64,000 nucleotides of DNA from Patescibacteria group bacterium. Lineage in GTDB: Bacteria; Patescibacteriota; WWE3; UBA101185; UBA10185. Position 1 is the stretch's first letter, and every line of letters begins with the position of its first letter. The notes below the pieces were generated by a model, which was given only the letters and a program-made list of their open reading frames with translations, made no database searches and was not told the DNA's origin. The position numbers and the translations under genes were made by a program. Shown here in pieces: positions 47,573 to 58,602 of the stretch. The DNA lies in contig JBMORU010000001.1 in the NCBI GenBank assembly GCA_049322215.1, positions 900,023 through 964,022 on the forward strand, in the 5' to 3' direction.

Positions 47573-48493
47573 ATGGCAAAGAAAAAACGAAAAAACAATA
47601 AAAACCAGGATACCAAAGACTTAAACAAACAGGTGCATGAAGAGCTGCCTGAGGACGAAGAATCGGTATCAGAAGATATAGATTTAGATGAAGAACTAGA
47701 AGATGGTGATGAAGAAACAGAAGAAGAAATAGACGAATACGATGAGTCATTTGAAATAGAAGATGAAGAAGAAAATGAGGATGATGATGACGATGACGAC
47801 CCTGAAGAAGAGGATGAACTTGAGGACGAAGATTACGATACAGACGATGATGAAGAAAACGAAGATGATGATGATGAGTACGACATGAGCTACGAAATTG
47901 AAGAAACTAAAAAAGCCTCTGGTACAAAAAAAGCTATACTAGCATTACTAGTAATTTTAACTCTTACAGGATTAGCCTTTATTTACAAAAGCGAATTGGT
48001 AGTAGCAACAGTAAATGGTAAACCCATTACAAGAACCCAGCTCATCGCAGAGCTAGAAAAACAAGGTGGAAGCCAAACACTAGATTCACTTATTACGCAA
48101 GAATTAATAAAACAAGAAGCTAAAAATAGGAACATAGTAATATCGGATGAAGATCTTCAAAAAGAAATAGATGAAATAGCCACTACAGTAGCTGCACAAG
48201 GAATGACACTTGAGCAAGCATTAGAGCTACAAGGTAGTTCTATGGAAAGATTCAGAGAACAAGTAAGATTACAGCTCGTAGTAGATAAAATAGTAGTAGA
48301 AAATGTTGAAATTAGCGATGAAGAAGTTACTTCTGCAATGCAACCTTTATTGGATAATGGGCAAGAAGATTCTCAAGAGCTAAGAGATCAAGTAAAAGCG
48401 CAGTTGGCACAAACAAAAATAGCGCAAGCAACTCAAGAATTTATTCTTGGTCTACGTGAAAACGCTAATATAAACATTCTTAAAGAATATTAA
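47573..48493 (+). CDS. Membrane-anchored protein with a hyper-acidic N-terminus and a SurA-N/PrsA-like chaperone domain
   Basis: About 100 aa of D/E tract are followed by a TM. The segment ATVNGKPITRTQL...QELIKQEAK resembles the SurA N-terminal domain. Confidence 0.4.
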   Translation: MAKKKRKNNKNQDTKDLNKQVHEELPEDEESVSEDIDLDEELEDGDEETEEEIDEYDESFEIEDEEENEDDDDDDDPEEEDELEDEDYDTDDDEENEDDDDEYDMSYEIEETKKASGTKKAILALLVILTLTGLAFIYKSELVVATVNGKPITRTQLIAELEKQGGSQTLDSLITQELIKQEAKNRNIVISDEDLQKEIDEIATTVAAQGMTLEQALELQGSSMERFREQVRLQLVVDKIVVENVEISDEEVTSAMQPLLDNGQEDSQELRDQVKAQLAQTKIAQATQEFILGLRENANINILKEY

Positions 48494-48510
48494 TAAACAA
48501 AGAATAGTTT

Positions 48511-49398
48511 ATGAGTAAATATCAAATAATTCTGTACTATAACTATACTAAAGTTAAAAATCCAGAAGAGTTTAAAACCCAGCAAAAACAACTGTGTGAA
48601 AAGTTAAATTTAACAGGCAGAATAATAATTGCTGAAGAGGGAATAAACGGAACACTTGAGGGCACAGTAAATAATATAAAAGAATACATAAACGACTTAC
48701 TAACAAGAAAAAACTTTTCTGACACACATATTAAATATAGTGAAGGAACAGGAAATGCGTTTCCCAAACTGTCGGTTAAGGTGCGCCCTGAAATTGTTAC
48801 AGCAAAACTCGGGGATGCTGACATTAATCCAAAGAAAATTACTGGAAAATATATATCTGCGGAAGAATTACACGAATTATTTGAGTCAGGAGAAGAATTT
48901 TATATAGTAGATATGCGCAATAACTACGAACACGCAGTAGGGCACTTCGAAAATTCTGTATTACCACAGTTTAAAAACTTTAGAGACCTAGCAAAAGTAA
49001 TTAACGACTTAGAACACCTAAGAGACAAGAAGATTGTTACTGTTTGTACAGGGGGAGTACGCTGTGAAAAGGCGTCGGGGTATTTGCTATCTAAGGGGTT
49101 TAGCGATGTTTCTCAACTTTACGGAGGTATAGTAACCTACATGGAGAAATACCCAAATCAAAACTTTTTGGGAGAATTATATGTATTTGATGGAAGAGTG
49201 ATAATGGGATTTAACCTAAACTCGAAAGAACATAAACTAATAGGTAAATGCGAACTTTGTGATACCCCGAGCAACAACTACATAAACTGCGCAGATGATG
49301 CATGCCATAGACACTTTATATGCTGCAAAGAGTGTTTAAACACACAAGGTGACGTTATACTATGCAGTAAACAGCATTCTAAAATATCCTCAAAATAA
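48511..49398 (+). CDS. trhO: tRNA uridine(34) hydroxylase / rhodanese-domain protein (YceA/TrhO family)
   Basis: The UPF0176 N-terminal region is followed by a rhodanese active-site loop, CTGGVRCEKA. The C-terminus is Cys-rich. Confidence 0.75.
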   Translation: MSKYQIILYYNYTKVKNPEEFKTQQKQLCEKLNLTGRIIIAEEGINGTLEGTVNNIKEYINDLLTRKNFSDTHIKYSEGTGNAFPKLSVKVRPEIVTAKLGDADINPKKITGKYISAEELHELFESGEEFYIVDMRNNYEHAVGHFENSVLPQFKNFRDLAKVINDLEHLRDKKIVTVCTGGVRCEKASGYLLSKGFSDVSQLYGGIVTYMEKYPNQNFLGELYVFDGRVIMGFNLNSKEHKLIGKCELCDTPSNNYINCADDACHRHFICCKECLNTQGDVILCSKQHSKISSK

Positions 49399-49422
49399 TG
49401 CTTTATAATATACAAGCATTTT

Positions 49423-50607
49423 ATGATTAAAACCTTATCTGAAGACCAGAAAAAAGCTATAAAAACTTTGTACTTATGGTATAAAGCTGCTAATAAACCT
49501 CCATACATTACACTTGGAGGATATGCGGGAACCGGAAAAACTACAACTATTTCCATATTTAGAAAAGCAATATATAAAGACAACAAAGAAGTAAAAGTTG
49601 CTTTCTGCAGTTTTACAGGTAAAGGAGCAGTAGTTTTAAAAAATAAGCTAAAAGAAGCAGGAACAATATATTCAAAAGATTTTGTTGGAACAATTCATTC
49701 TTTAATTTACTCGCCAATTATCAGCAAAGGTGGCGAAATTATGGGTTGGGAAACAAAAGATGAGCTCAAGTATGACTTAATTGTTATTGATGAAGCCTCA
49801 ATGGTAGATTCACAGATTTGGAATGATCTGCTTTACTACAAAATTCCAATTATTGCTGTAGGAGACCATGGGCAATTACCTCCTATAAACGGTAATTTTA
49901 ATTTAATGGAAAAACCACAGTTGAAACTAGAAACTATACACAGACAAGCAGAAGAAAACCCAATAATTAAATTGTCTGTTTTAGCTCGTAATGAAGGGTT
50001 AATACCACTGGGAGAATATGGAAAAAATGTAAAGAAACTGACTAATGCTCAGTTTGAAGGCAGAGAACTGGTCGATGAGTTATTAAGAGGCTACAACAAA
50101 GATATGTTGATTTTGTGCGGTTACAATTCTACCAGAATAAAAATTAATAACTATATAAGAGGAGCTTTGGAGTACGAAACAAGCGAGCCCCAATTTAACG
50201 ACAGAGTAATTTGTTTAAAAAATAACCGAAAACAGAATATTTATAATGGAATGCTTGGAAATATTGTTCAAATATATAAAGAAGACCCTGACTGGTACTA
50301 TGCAGAAATAGAACTAGACGAGGAAGGACAATATTACAAGGGATTAATAAGTGTAGATCAATTCGGTGCAAGTGAAACACTAAACTTTAAAGAAGACAGA
50401 AAAAAATCAAGAAAGGGCGATTTATTTGATTTTGGATATGCATTAACAGTACACAAAGCACAAGGAAGTGAAGCAAATAGGGTAGTAGTATTTGAAGAGC
50501 GCTTTGCAAAAATGGATGATGATACTTGGCGAAAATGGTTATACACGGCGGTTACACGTGCCGCAAAAGAATTATATGTAGTTGGAAATGAAGTAATAGA
50601 AGAGTAG
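49423..50607 (+). CDS. RecD-like (AAA_30 / UvrD_C_2) DNA helicase, short form
   Basis: The Walker A motif is GGYAGTGKTT. DEASMV is the Walker B region. The C-terminal VHKAQGSEANRVVV is typical of RecD/TraA-type helicases. Confidence 0.65.
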   Translation: MIKTLSEDQKKAIKTLYLWYKAANKPPYITLGGYAGTGKTTTISIFRKAIYKDNKEVKVAFCSFTGKGAVVLKNKLKEAGTIYSKDFVGTIHSLIYSPIISKGGEIMGWETKDELKYDLIVIDEASMVDSQIWNDLLYYKIPIIAVGDHGQLPPINGNFNLMEKPQLKLETIHRQAEENPIIKLSVLARNEGLIPLGEYGKNVKKLTNAQFEGRELVDELLRGYNKDMLILCGYNSTRIKINNYIRGALEYETSEPQFNDRVICLKNNRKQNIYNGMLGNIVQIYKEDPDWYYAEIELDEEGQYYKGLISVDQFGASETLNFKEDRKKSRKGDLFDFGYALTVHKAQGSEANRVVVFEERFAKMDDDTWRKWLYTAVTRAAKELYVVGNEVIEE

Positions 50608-50656
50608 CGGGATGAAGAAACTGAAGTAAACAAATCAATTCCTTCATCCGGTTAAA

Positions 50657-50932
50657 TTAGGTAGTCACGATATAAACAGGCACATTGTTCAAGCTCATAT
50701 CATCACCACCAGGGCCTCCAGGCGTACGTCCAGACCAATTTGAAGTCGCCGGCAGTTGTCGAACAACTCTCACAGTTTTACCGCGCACCGCCGAATTCCC
50801 TTTAAGCAGTTTACTGTCATTGGGTAAGCGAACGGACTTGCCTGGTTGAGGTTGTTTTGAAAGCTCTGCAACAGCCAAAACACTTTCGTCTTCTCCCGTC
50901 TTAAAACATGCTAAAAATCTACGTGTTCCCAT
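50657..50932 (-). CDS. Small hypothetical protein (GC-elevated)
   Basis: ORF of 91 aa. Basic and Gly/Pro-rich. Codon usage is unlike the neighbouring genes. Confidence 0.3.
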   Translation of the reverse strand: MGTRRFLACFKTGEDESVLAVAELSKQPQPGKSVRLPNDSKLLKGNSAVRGKTVRVVRQLPATSNWSGRTPGGPGGDDMSLNNVPVYIVTT

Positions 50933-51109
50933 TTCAATTTACTCCTTTTCTTATAGTGTATTGGGATTTTTCGATTGTATCGTAATTTATTATGGCTGTA
51001 AACTTAATATATTTAAAGAATGTATACTGGCGCACCGGTAAAGAACAAAAAAAAGAGGTACAAAATTGTTTAGTTTAATAAACAACTTTATACCTCTAAA
51101 GAAACTGGT

Positions 51110-51511
51110 TTAGTGAAGTTCGTGAAAGCGCACCCAGAGATCAGGCAAATTGTAGCCTTCAATGTAACCACCTTCGCAGTCGGTGTTTACATACACCTGA
51201 TTGGTACGCTCCGAAATGTTCGTTACAACGCCACGTCCACGTACCAACTTGTAGGGAAGTAACCATTTCAGTGCGCCGGTATTTTCAACCGAAGTGGTGA
51301 AATCAAAGTTACCTCCAACATTAGGTCTGTAATAGGCATCACCATCGATAATCGATGACGTTGGAACAGTGATATGACGTAATACTGGATGTGTTACTAC
51401 AAGATCCACATCACTGCTACGTTCTCTCATGACGGTTCCTTTAAGGACAGTTGAAAACAACCCTCCCCAAAACCGTACCTTCACACGGTAGATATAAAAA
51501 ATGTTACGCAC
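51110..51511 (-). CDS. Small hypothetical protein (GC-elevated)
   Basis: ORF of 133 aa. Confidence 0.3.
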   Translation of the reverse strand: MRNIFYIYRVKVRFWGGLFSTVLKGTVMRERSSDVDLVVTHPVLRHITVPTSSIIDGDAYYRPNVGGNFDFTTSVENTGALKWLLPYKLVRGRGVVTNISERTNQVYVNTDCEGGYIEGYNLPDLWVRFHELH

Positions 51512-51662
51512 ATTTAACCTCGCTTAGTTAGATATTTAGTTAACAAAATTTGTAGAGATATTATAGCACACTATAGGTTATTGCGTATATAAAAATTTTA
51601 AAAATTTCAGGATAGCAAAGTTAAAAAAACTTTAATTCTTAACTCTGCTATCCTGTAGGTAT

Positions 51663-51956
51663 TCAATTCTCAAGAATTTGAATACGATAAATTGGGGCAG
51701 AATTTGCCTCAATTCCCTTAACGCTAAATTTGGCAAGCCCAGTATGCGCCAAAAGTCTCACCTTAACACCAGATTTAAAAACAGGTAATCTGAATTTGCC
51801 CTGTTTAGAAACCATTTGCAATACTTGCCCTAAACAAATTTCCATACCTGCATGTGGCCGATCATCAAGCTCTAATCCAACAACTCTATAACCACCGTGC
51901 TGCTCATCTTTAAGCCCTACATAGTAAAACCCGGGTTGTTTAATTTTTGCTGACAT
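51663..51956 (-). CDS. Small hypothetical protein (GC-elevated)
   Basis: ORF of 97 aa. A hairpin at 51609-51657 lies downstream. Confidence 0.3.
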   Translation of the reverse strand: MSAKIKQPGFYYVGLKDEQHGGYRVVGLELDDRPHAGMEICLGQVLQMVSKQGKFRLPVFKSGVKVRLLAHTGLAKFSVKGIEANSAPIYRIQILEN

Positions 51957-52063
51957 AAGTCACACTCCTTTTATTTTTTTTTTTGCATGGACAATATACC
52001 CCGTAACCAAAATACAGGCAACATATTCGGGTTTAATTCGTTTTCATATGATAAAATTTCATT

Positions 52064-53191
52064 ATGCAACCATTAGCAGACAAAATAAGGCCAAAAAGTA
52101 TAAATGAATTCATTGGCCAAGCTCACTTAGTAGGAGAAAAAAAGCCACTAAGATTAGCAATTAAAAATAAGCACTTATTCAGCTTTATTTTATGGGGACC
52201 CCCGGGAGTAGGAAAAACTACTCTAGCAAGAATTTACGCCAACGAATTAGATGCTAATTTTGAAGAATTGTCTGCAGTTTCCGCCAAAAAAGACGATATT
52301 AGAAATATTATTGCCAAATATTCCTTTTCAGATAAACCCTTAGTAATTTTGCTCGATGAAATTCACAGGTTTAACAAAGCACAACAGGACTATTTGCTCC
52401 CAGTTGTAGAAAAAGGTGAATTAACCCTAATTGGGGCAACTACTGAAAACCCAAGTTTCGAAGTAAATTCTGCACTTTTATCAAGATGCAGGGTATTCAC
52501 ATTAAAAGATCATACTCAAGAAGACATGCTAAAAATAATAGAAAGAACAGGCTTTAAAATGAACAACGAGGCTAAGGAGTGGCTTACAAACATGGCTAAT
52601 GGGGATGCACGCCAAGCAATTACAATGCTTGAGGCTACGAATAAGATATACAATGAAATTACAGTAGAAAATTTAAAAGAGACACTGCAAAACAAGTTTT
52701 TACGATACGATAAAAAAGGGGAAGAGCATTACAATACTATTAGCGCCTTTATAAAAAGCATGCGAGCCAGCAAAGCAGATGCTGCACTATATTACTTAGC
52801 AAGAATGCTTGAAAGCGGAGAAGATCCCAAATTTATAGCTAGAAGAATGGTGATTTTTGCTAGTGAAGATATTGGAACAGCAAACAACAGTGCACTAGTA
52901 ATTGCGAATGAAGTTTTTAAAGCGGTAGAAACAATTGGCTTACCTGAAGCAGCAATAAACTTAGCGCACGGAGTGGTGGTTTTAGCACAATCAAAAAAAG
53001 ACAGACGCGCCTACGAGGCATTAAAAAAAGCACAAGCAGATGTTAAAAGGCTTGGCAATTTACCTATTCCACTAAAGTTGCGAAATGCCGTTACAAAACT
53101 AATGAAAGAAGAGGGTTATGGTGAAGGGTACGAAATGTATGATGAAAGCGAATATCTGCCTGATGAAATAAAAAATAGGAAATACTTTTAA
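52064..53191 (+). CDS. rarA: Replication-associated recombination protein A (AAA+ ATPase)
   Basis: The Walker A motif is [11 protein letters not shown]. The Walker B motif is ILLDEIH. The MgsA C-terminal region reads [23 protein letters not shown]. Confidence 0.8.
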   Translation: MQPLADKIRPKSINEFIGQAHLVGEKKPLRLAIKNKHLFSFILWGPPGVGKTTLARIYANELDANFEELSAVSAKKDDIRNIIAKYSFSDKPLVILLDEIHRFNKAQQDYLLPVVEKGELTLIGATTENPSFEVNSALLSRCRVFTLKDHTQEDMLKIIERTGFKMNNEAKEWLTNMANGDARQAITMLEATNKIYNEITVENLKETLQNKFLRYDKKGEEHYNTISAFIKSMRASKADAALYYLARMLESGEDPKFIARRMVIFASEDIGTANNSALVIANEVFKAVETIGLPEAAINLAHGVVVLAQSKKDRRAYEALKKAQADVKRLGNLPIPLKLRNAVTKLMKEEGYGEGYEMYDESEYLPDEIKNRKYF

Positions 53192-53344
53192 TAAGTCTAT
53201 GTTTTTATGAAGATATACCTTTAGAAGATTTAGTAAACGGAATGTTAGCTGAGTCAAATCAATTTTGCCCTATAGTATTGATATCGGATTAAAAATCACG
53301 TAGAATAATCCCACAAATAAAACATATGATAAAGGAGTCTTGAC

Positions 53345-53962
53345 ATGAAACGTTGGCATTTAGCTGTGCTTATTGCTTTGGTGTTGTTGCTCAGCGTAGG
53401 TATGTGGTTTTTAATTCCATCAGATTATGCAATTAAAACACGCATTGCTGAAACAGCAAACTTCATCATACACTACGGATCAATTGTGGTGATTTGGCTT
53501 GCTAGAGCGGCAATAACACTAATTATTGGAGGCTGGATACTACTTGGTGCAGGCCTAATTGGTGTAGTATTTCGCGGTATTTTTATGACCTATGTGGACT
53601 ACCGCTGGACCGTACCCAACACGCCAATTTCAAAAGGTATGCACCTAATTATTGCCTTTACCACATCGATTGTTGTCTGGTTTATCTGGCTACTAACAAT
53701 TGCGCCGTTACTGGAACAACCTTGGAGCTTTATTTCTGGTTGGCACGACCATGAATATAACTGGGGGCCGATTTTGTGGGGTTTGTACGCGGTAGGTGCC
53801 TACTGGATTGGATACAATATTGGTAAATACGATGAAGACATGGACAATCTAGCAAACTTTTTGTTTAAGGGACCCTTTTCGTTTATGCGAAAAAAATTCC
53901 CATTTAAAGAAGAACGTATGAGACTTCGAGGCTCAGAACCAAGACGACTAACTAATTGGTAA
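53345..53962 (+). CDS. Polytopic membrane hypothetical protein (GC-elevated)
   Basis: ORF of 205 aa. Trp-rich TM helices. Confidence 0.35.
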   Translation: MKRWHLAVLIALVLLLSVGMWFLIPSDYAIKTRIAETANFIIHYGSIVVIWLARAAITLIIGGWILLGAGLIGVVFRGIFMTYVDYRWTVPNTPISKGMHLIIAFTTSIVVWFIWLLTIAPLLEQPWSFISGWHDHEYNWGPILWGLYAVGAYWIGYNIGKYDEDMDNLANFLFKGPFSFMRKKFPFKEERMRLRGSEPRRLTNW

Positions 53963-54075
53963 CATCAAACAGGAGCAAATGTAACCCACCATAGTTACAT
54001 TTGTTCCTTATTTTTTTTCAACTAAAACTGTAAACACTTGCAACCTATACTAACTTACTTATAAAATAAGAACAG

Positions 54076-54672
54076 ATGTACGATAGTGATGAAACACAAC
54101 AAAAATTAATTTGGATATTTGTTGTTTTAGTATTTGTTGCTGGAGTATTTGGTTACTTTTACACAAAAGACTTTAATCCCGTTGATTTAGACAGAGCTTT
54201 TAACGGTCCTCAGCCCACAGAATATTCTTTTGGAAACTCTGAATATATTACGTCTTGTTCTATGACCCCAAAGGTTGGTTCAAGATTTGCACCAGCAGGT
54301 AAAACAACTATGTATATTGGTAACAACGAATACTTAGCAATTAGAGACGTTAACCCATACGGTTTTTCCGGAGAATTTACATCTTTATTGAGAAATAACG
54401 TTTTATATGTTTGGAATGCAAATGGGTCATTAGCATCTAAAACAAAAATGACGCCAGGAAATGTTGAAGACTATGTAGCTTTTGCAACACAGTTAAGTAA
54501 TCCAAACAGCCAGCTATTTTTAGAAGGACTTGTCGACGTTGAGTGTGAACAATTACCCTACAACGCAACTATGTTTAATTTACCATCAAATATACAATTT
54601 ACTGAAAATTCAGTAGAAGCACCGTCTAATCCAAACCCATACTTAGAAATCTCTTCAAAACCCACTGAATAA
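54076..54672 (+). CDS. Membrane-anchored secreted hypothetical protein
   Basis: ORF with an N-terminal TM. Confidence 0.35.
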   Translation: MYDSDETQQKLIWIFVVLVFVAGVFGYFYTKDFNPVDLDRAFNGPQPTEYSFGNSEYITSCSMTPKVGSRFAPAGKTTMYIGNNEYLAIRDVNPYGFSGEFTSLLRNNVLYVWNANGSLASKTKMTPGNVEDYVAFATQLSNPNSQLFLEGLVDVECEQLPYNATMFNLPSNIQFTENSVEAPSNPNPYLEISSKPTE

Positions 54673-54996
54673 CTTTTTATACCTTAAATTTTTGTGATAA
54701 ATTTAATTAGCAAATACTAAAACATGCAGTAGGAGAGAAAACAATGACTGTCATTATATACAGAAATGGTAGCTACGAAGGAAACGGAAAGCTTGATTAC
54801 GGATTAAAATACTTGTTAAGTTCAGACATAACATTTGACCAGTCAGATGATATTTTACTACGTACAGCTAGCCATCAACTGTTTGGTAAATTCAAACTTA
54901 AAGGCAACAATTTAAGTGGTATTGTGGAGCTTGCACGTGTTTCCTAAAATAAAAGCCAATCTTTGCGTTATAAATAAACAAAGATTGGCTTTAAAG

Positions 54997-55311
54997 TTAT
55001 GTAGTAGCAAGGAGTGCCTCTAAAAACTCTTTTGTAGCAATTAGCGACTTATCCGTTTGCAAAACTAAGTGCCCATCCTCTGTTTGTTGATCAGTAATAA
55101 TAAAATTTGCTGCTAACAAATTTGTTTTTACTTTTTTCGCTATCTCTTCAGTTAAAACTACATAAGTTTTGCCTGCGAAAGTGGTTAACGCAACTTTTGT
55201 AGCTTCGAACAAACGGTCAATAGGGGACTTACACAACGACAAGTCAGCAAATCGTAAAAACTCTACAAAAGAATACTCTCCTGCCAATATAGCGAATATT
55301 GTTTTTTTCAT
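54997..55311 (-). CDS. Hypothetical protein
   Basis: ORF of 104 aa. Confidence 0.3.
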   Translation of the reverse strand: MKKTIFAILAGEYSFVEFLRFADLSLCKSPIDRLFEATKVALTTFAGKTYVVLTEEIAKKVKTNLLAANFIITDQQTEDGHLVLQTDKSLIATKEFLEALLATT

Positions 55312-55457
55312 GCGCAGTTTCTCCTAATATATTTAAAATATTATAACCCATAATAGTGCTGATTGATAGATAAACACCTTTTATTGAGAAAGTAAGGCAA
55401 AAAAAAGGAAGGTGATTTTGATTGCGGTGAAGCTTTCAAAACAACCTTCCGTATGAG

Positions 55458-55895
55458 TTAGTTGGTTTCGGGCTCGGTGTTGATGTAGTCGAGCAAAGCG
55501 TGAATCAATTGTTTAACTCGATTCCACTTGCCTGAAACCGGCGGAAGAATAGCTGCGACTTTTTCGGGGAGCGTTTTTGGTACGCGTACAACAGGAATGT
55601 ACTTTTCTTCAATTATGTTGTATAAAGCGCGTACGTCTTCCAGTGACCCCACAATTTGGATTGTAATAAAACTGTCCTTTGGCGCAAATCGCAGGTCTGC
55701 GCGAGCGGTGCCGTAATACAAAACCTCGTCCCAGGCTTGTTTGAAACGACGGTCATCTGATGTAGGTGAGTAATAAATTAAATCCTGCACCGATACCCGC
55801 GTCCAATTTCCTTCTAAAACCTTAGGAAAACAGTTAAATTTACCGCTTCTGAAATTTTCATCAGTCATCGTAATAAGAGAGAAATTAATTGACAT
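55458..55895 (-). CDS. Hypothetical protein (GC-elevated)
   Basis: The start is set at MSINF, after the sequence AAAAAGGAAAAAAAAATG. The longer track ORF probably over-extends the N-terminus. Confidence 0.3.
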   Translation of the reverse strand: MSINFSLITMTDENFRSGKFNCFPKVLEGNWTRVSVQDLIYYSPTSDDRRFKQAWDEVLYYGTARADLRFAPKDSFITIQIVGSLEDVRALYNIIEEKYIPVVRVPKTLPEKVAAILPPVSGKWNRVKQLIHALLDYINTEPETN

Positions 55896-56059
55896 TTTTT
55901 TTTCCTTTTTTTGATTCTTTTGTCTGCCGTTAAATTTGTAACGTACAGCGTAGTGTGATTTTAACCTGCAGATATTATACTTAAAAAAGCCTCTTTTGAC
56001 AATACTATAGGGTACAGGCATGCAACTAAACATTGACATTCAACTCAACATTGTATTAA

Positions 56060-57109
56060 ATGATTAGACCTAAACTTTCTAAGTCTTGCCATATGTTAGC
56101 TAAAATAAAAGACATTCTAGGCAAATCAAATAATTTGCTGGTTCTTACGCACGCCAGCCCCGACCACGATGCAATCTGTAGTATATTGCTATTTAAAAGT
56201 TTTTTACAAAACCACTATTCCCATATTAATGTTGATTTAGTAACTAACGAAGTGAAGTGGCCACAATACGAAAGCTGGGGGTTATTAGGTCTAAACACTA
56301 TAAAAAACCTTATTGACCAGCAAACAGTAAATTTAAACCTGTATGATTATGTATTTTTTCTAGATACAAACAGAGTTCAGGGAAATTTTATTGAAAATAC
56401 AAATGAATTTAAAAAGAAAGCAATTATTATTGATCACCATACATCTAAGCCAGAAATAGATTACTTAATTGAAATAAATGAGCATAGAGCCTCAACTACA
56501 GAACAAGTTTATTTCATTTTTAAAAAATTGCTTGGGAATGATTTAGTTTTAACTAAAGAAGAGGCTTATTTAGCACAAGTAGGTTTAATTGCGGATACAA
56601 ATAGGTTTTTATTTTGCGAACAAATAACCAGCGATTCATACAAACTAATGGAAGAGATGTCAAAAATAAACAAATTAAATATAGAAGGGATATATAACAA
56701 AATGATAAAAAATACAAAAAATTCAGTTTATGTGTTTAAGCATTTACTCCAAAATACAGTCTTTGAAGAAAATATGGCATACACATTTGTGTCACCTAAA
56801 TTTATAGAAAAAAACGAATACACTAAAGAAGACATAAAGTGTGCATGTACACACTTTTTACAATCTTTTGTAAGAACATTAGAAGGCGTAGATTGGGGAT
56901 TTTTAGTAAAACCTAGCGCATCAGAAAAAAATGTTTGGAGAGTATCACTTAGAGCCAATAATGGCACAATAAAAGTGGTAGACATAGCAAAGCAATTAAA
57001 CGGAGGAGGCCATGATTATGCTGCTGCAGGCTCTACAAAGGCTAAATATCCATGGGAGGCCGTAGAAAATGTACTATCCATAGTAGAATCGGCGTCTTTG
57101 GTTTCTTAA
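56060..57109 (+). CDS. DHH/DHHA1 phosphoesterase (NrnA-like oligoribonuclease / pAp phosphatase)
   Basis: The DHH motif is IIDHHTS. An N-terminal D-x-D reads ASPDHDA. The DHHA1 GGGH motif reads NGGGHDYAAAGS. Confidence 0.7.
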   Translation: MIRPKLSKSCHMLAKIKDILGKSNNLLVLTHASPDHDAICSILLFKSFLQNHYSHINVDLVTNEVKWPQYESWGLLGLNTIKNLIDQQTVNLNLYDYVFFLDTNRVQGNFIENTNEFKKKAIIIDHHTSKPEIDYLIEINEHRASTTEQVYFIFKKLLGNDLVLTKEEAYLAQVGLIADTNRFLFCEQITSDSYKLMEEMSKINKLNIEGIYNKMIKNTKNSVYVFKHLLQNTVFEENMAYTFVSPKFIEKNEYTKEDIKCACTHFLQSFVRTLEGVDWGFLVKPSASEKNVWRVSLRANNGTIKVVDIAKQLNGGGHDYAAAGSTKAKYPWEAVENVLSIVESASLVS

Positions 57110-57130
57110 AAATGTATAATACGTTTACAC

Positions 57131-58045
57131 ATGTATAAATACGCACATCCAGGAGCAAAAATTGAAAACAGATTAGTGGAGCTTTTAAAAAAAGACTATT
57201 GGGACATTATTAGAAGAGATAAACTGTTTTTGTACAAAGATGAAGACCCTACTACTATAGTTCCACCGTTTCAAGAAATAATAAAAGGTATCACATTAAA
57301 TGTAGAAAAAACGAAAAGTTTTTGGCAAATTCCTTACAAGTACAAAGACCATGAAGGCACAACTATTGCGCATTTAATGAATGGCTGGAACCCGGCTAAG
57401 CCAAGTTTGATTTTTCATCACGGTCTAAGTTCTACAAACCACTTACATCACTTACGTGTTTTAGCTGATAAAAACTTTTACGATTTGTTTAATATTTTTT
57501 CAATTCAAGCAGCACACCATGAAAATGTTATCGATGTACTTGAAAACGCAGTAAACACATTTACAAACTTAGCAGTAATCTCTGCCACATCAGTTAGAAC
57601 AATGCAGGAGATAGTGCAGTTTCATAGAAAAGAAAGTGATAATAGGGTAGTAATAGCAGGGTTTTCCATGGGAGGCATTTTAACAAGTTGGCATTATTTT
57701 CATTACAACACAGCAGATTTGTACTTTCCTATAATTTCGTATCCTAATTTTGGAGAAATAACACTAGATAAAAATCATGCCAAGCATATAAAAAACTATA
57801 AGGAAATGATAAAAAATGAAAGCTACTTCAAATGTTTTGAAGTTCCTGAAGAACTAATTCACAAAAGATCTAAAAGCAACATATGGCCGGTGATTGGTAC
57901 AGAAGATGAACTCATAAACTACGAAAAAGCATCAGAGTTTTGGAGAGGTTATCACGTTACAGAATTTTTTTCAGGGCATGTTTCTGTAGTTTTTAAAAGA
58001 AACCAAATAAAAGAATTAATACTTGCGAAAACATTAAAAGCCTAG
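57131..58045 (+). CDS. Alpha/beta-hydrolase fold protein
   Basis: A nucleophile elbow, GFSMGG (GxSxG), is present. A downstream His is present. Confidence 0.45.
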   Translation: MYKYAHPGAKIENRLVELLKKDYWDIIRRDKLFLYKDEDPTTIVPPFQEIIKGITLNVEKTKSFWQIPYKYKDHEGTTIAHLMNGWNPAKPSLIFHHGLSSTNHLHHLRVLADKNFYDLFNIFSIQAAHHENVIDVLENAVNTFTNLAVISATSVRTMQEIVQFHRKESDNRVVIAGFSMGGILTSWHYFHYNTADLYFPIISYPNFGEITLDKNHAKHIKNYKEMIKNESYFKCFEVPEELIHKRSKSNIWPVIGTEDELINYEKASEFWRGYHVTEFFSGHVSVVFKRNQIKELILAKTLKA

Positions 58046-58094
58046 CTAAATAAAAATTAAGATATTTTACTAAGCCAGGCTTTATTTTGGGTTT

Positions 58095-58511
58095 TTAAGG
58101 ACACGCAAGTTCGATTTCGTTGTGATGGCGCCTAAAAAGTAAAAACGGAACACCCTCACTATTTTTTAATACAACCAGGCTTTTGCCATAAACCCCAATG
58201 GTATCGATCATAAAACCATTAGGCATTTCTTTTGCTACAATATCAACTTTACCTAGACCAGAAGCATCAATACCAAAGGCAGGTAAAAACCCATAGGTAT
58301 GTGCAACACGTGCGCAGGGTAGGTTTGTATCTGCTTGAAGTATCGTCCACTTTGGGGCAGATATTGCATGGCTAATACGTAGCATCTCTTCAGACTTTAA
58401 AGTCGTTGCCATCCAATTGGATTGACCCCCAGACAAAAGAACTGTGTAAAAAAGATATATGACCAAAAAACCCGCAGAAGCAGCTAGGACGTATCTTTTT
58501 TTAAGTCTCAT
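58095..58511 (-). CDS. Membrane-anchored hypothetical protein
   Basis: ORF of 138 aa with an N-terminal TM. Confidence 0.3.
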   Translation of the reverse strand: MRLKKRYVLAASAGFLVIYLFYTVLLSGGQSNWMATTLKSEEMLRISHAISAPKWTILQADTNLPCARVAHTYGFLPAFGIDASGLGKVDIVAKEMPNGFMIDTIGVYGKSLVVLKNSEGVPFLLFRRHHNEIELACP

Positions 58512-58602
58512 TATTTTCTCCTTTTATTATTTTTGGAAAAGCAAAAAAGAGCTAGATTATTTAAGCATGGTTGACCTAAATAATCTAGCCTTAGGGTTGA
58601 TG

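Noticed and set aside
47640-47900. GAT/GAA-rich simple-sequence tract
   Set aside because: It is in frame and encodes the acidic N-terminus of the 47573..48493 protein. It is not a non-coding microsatellite.
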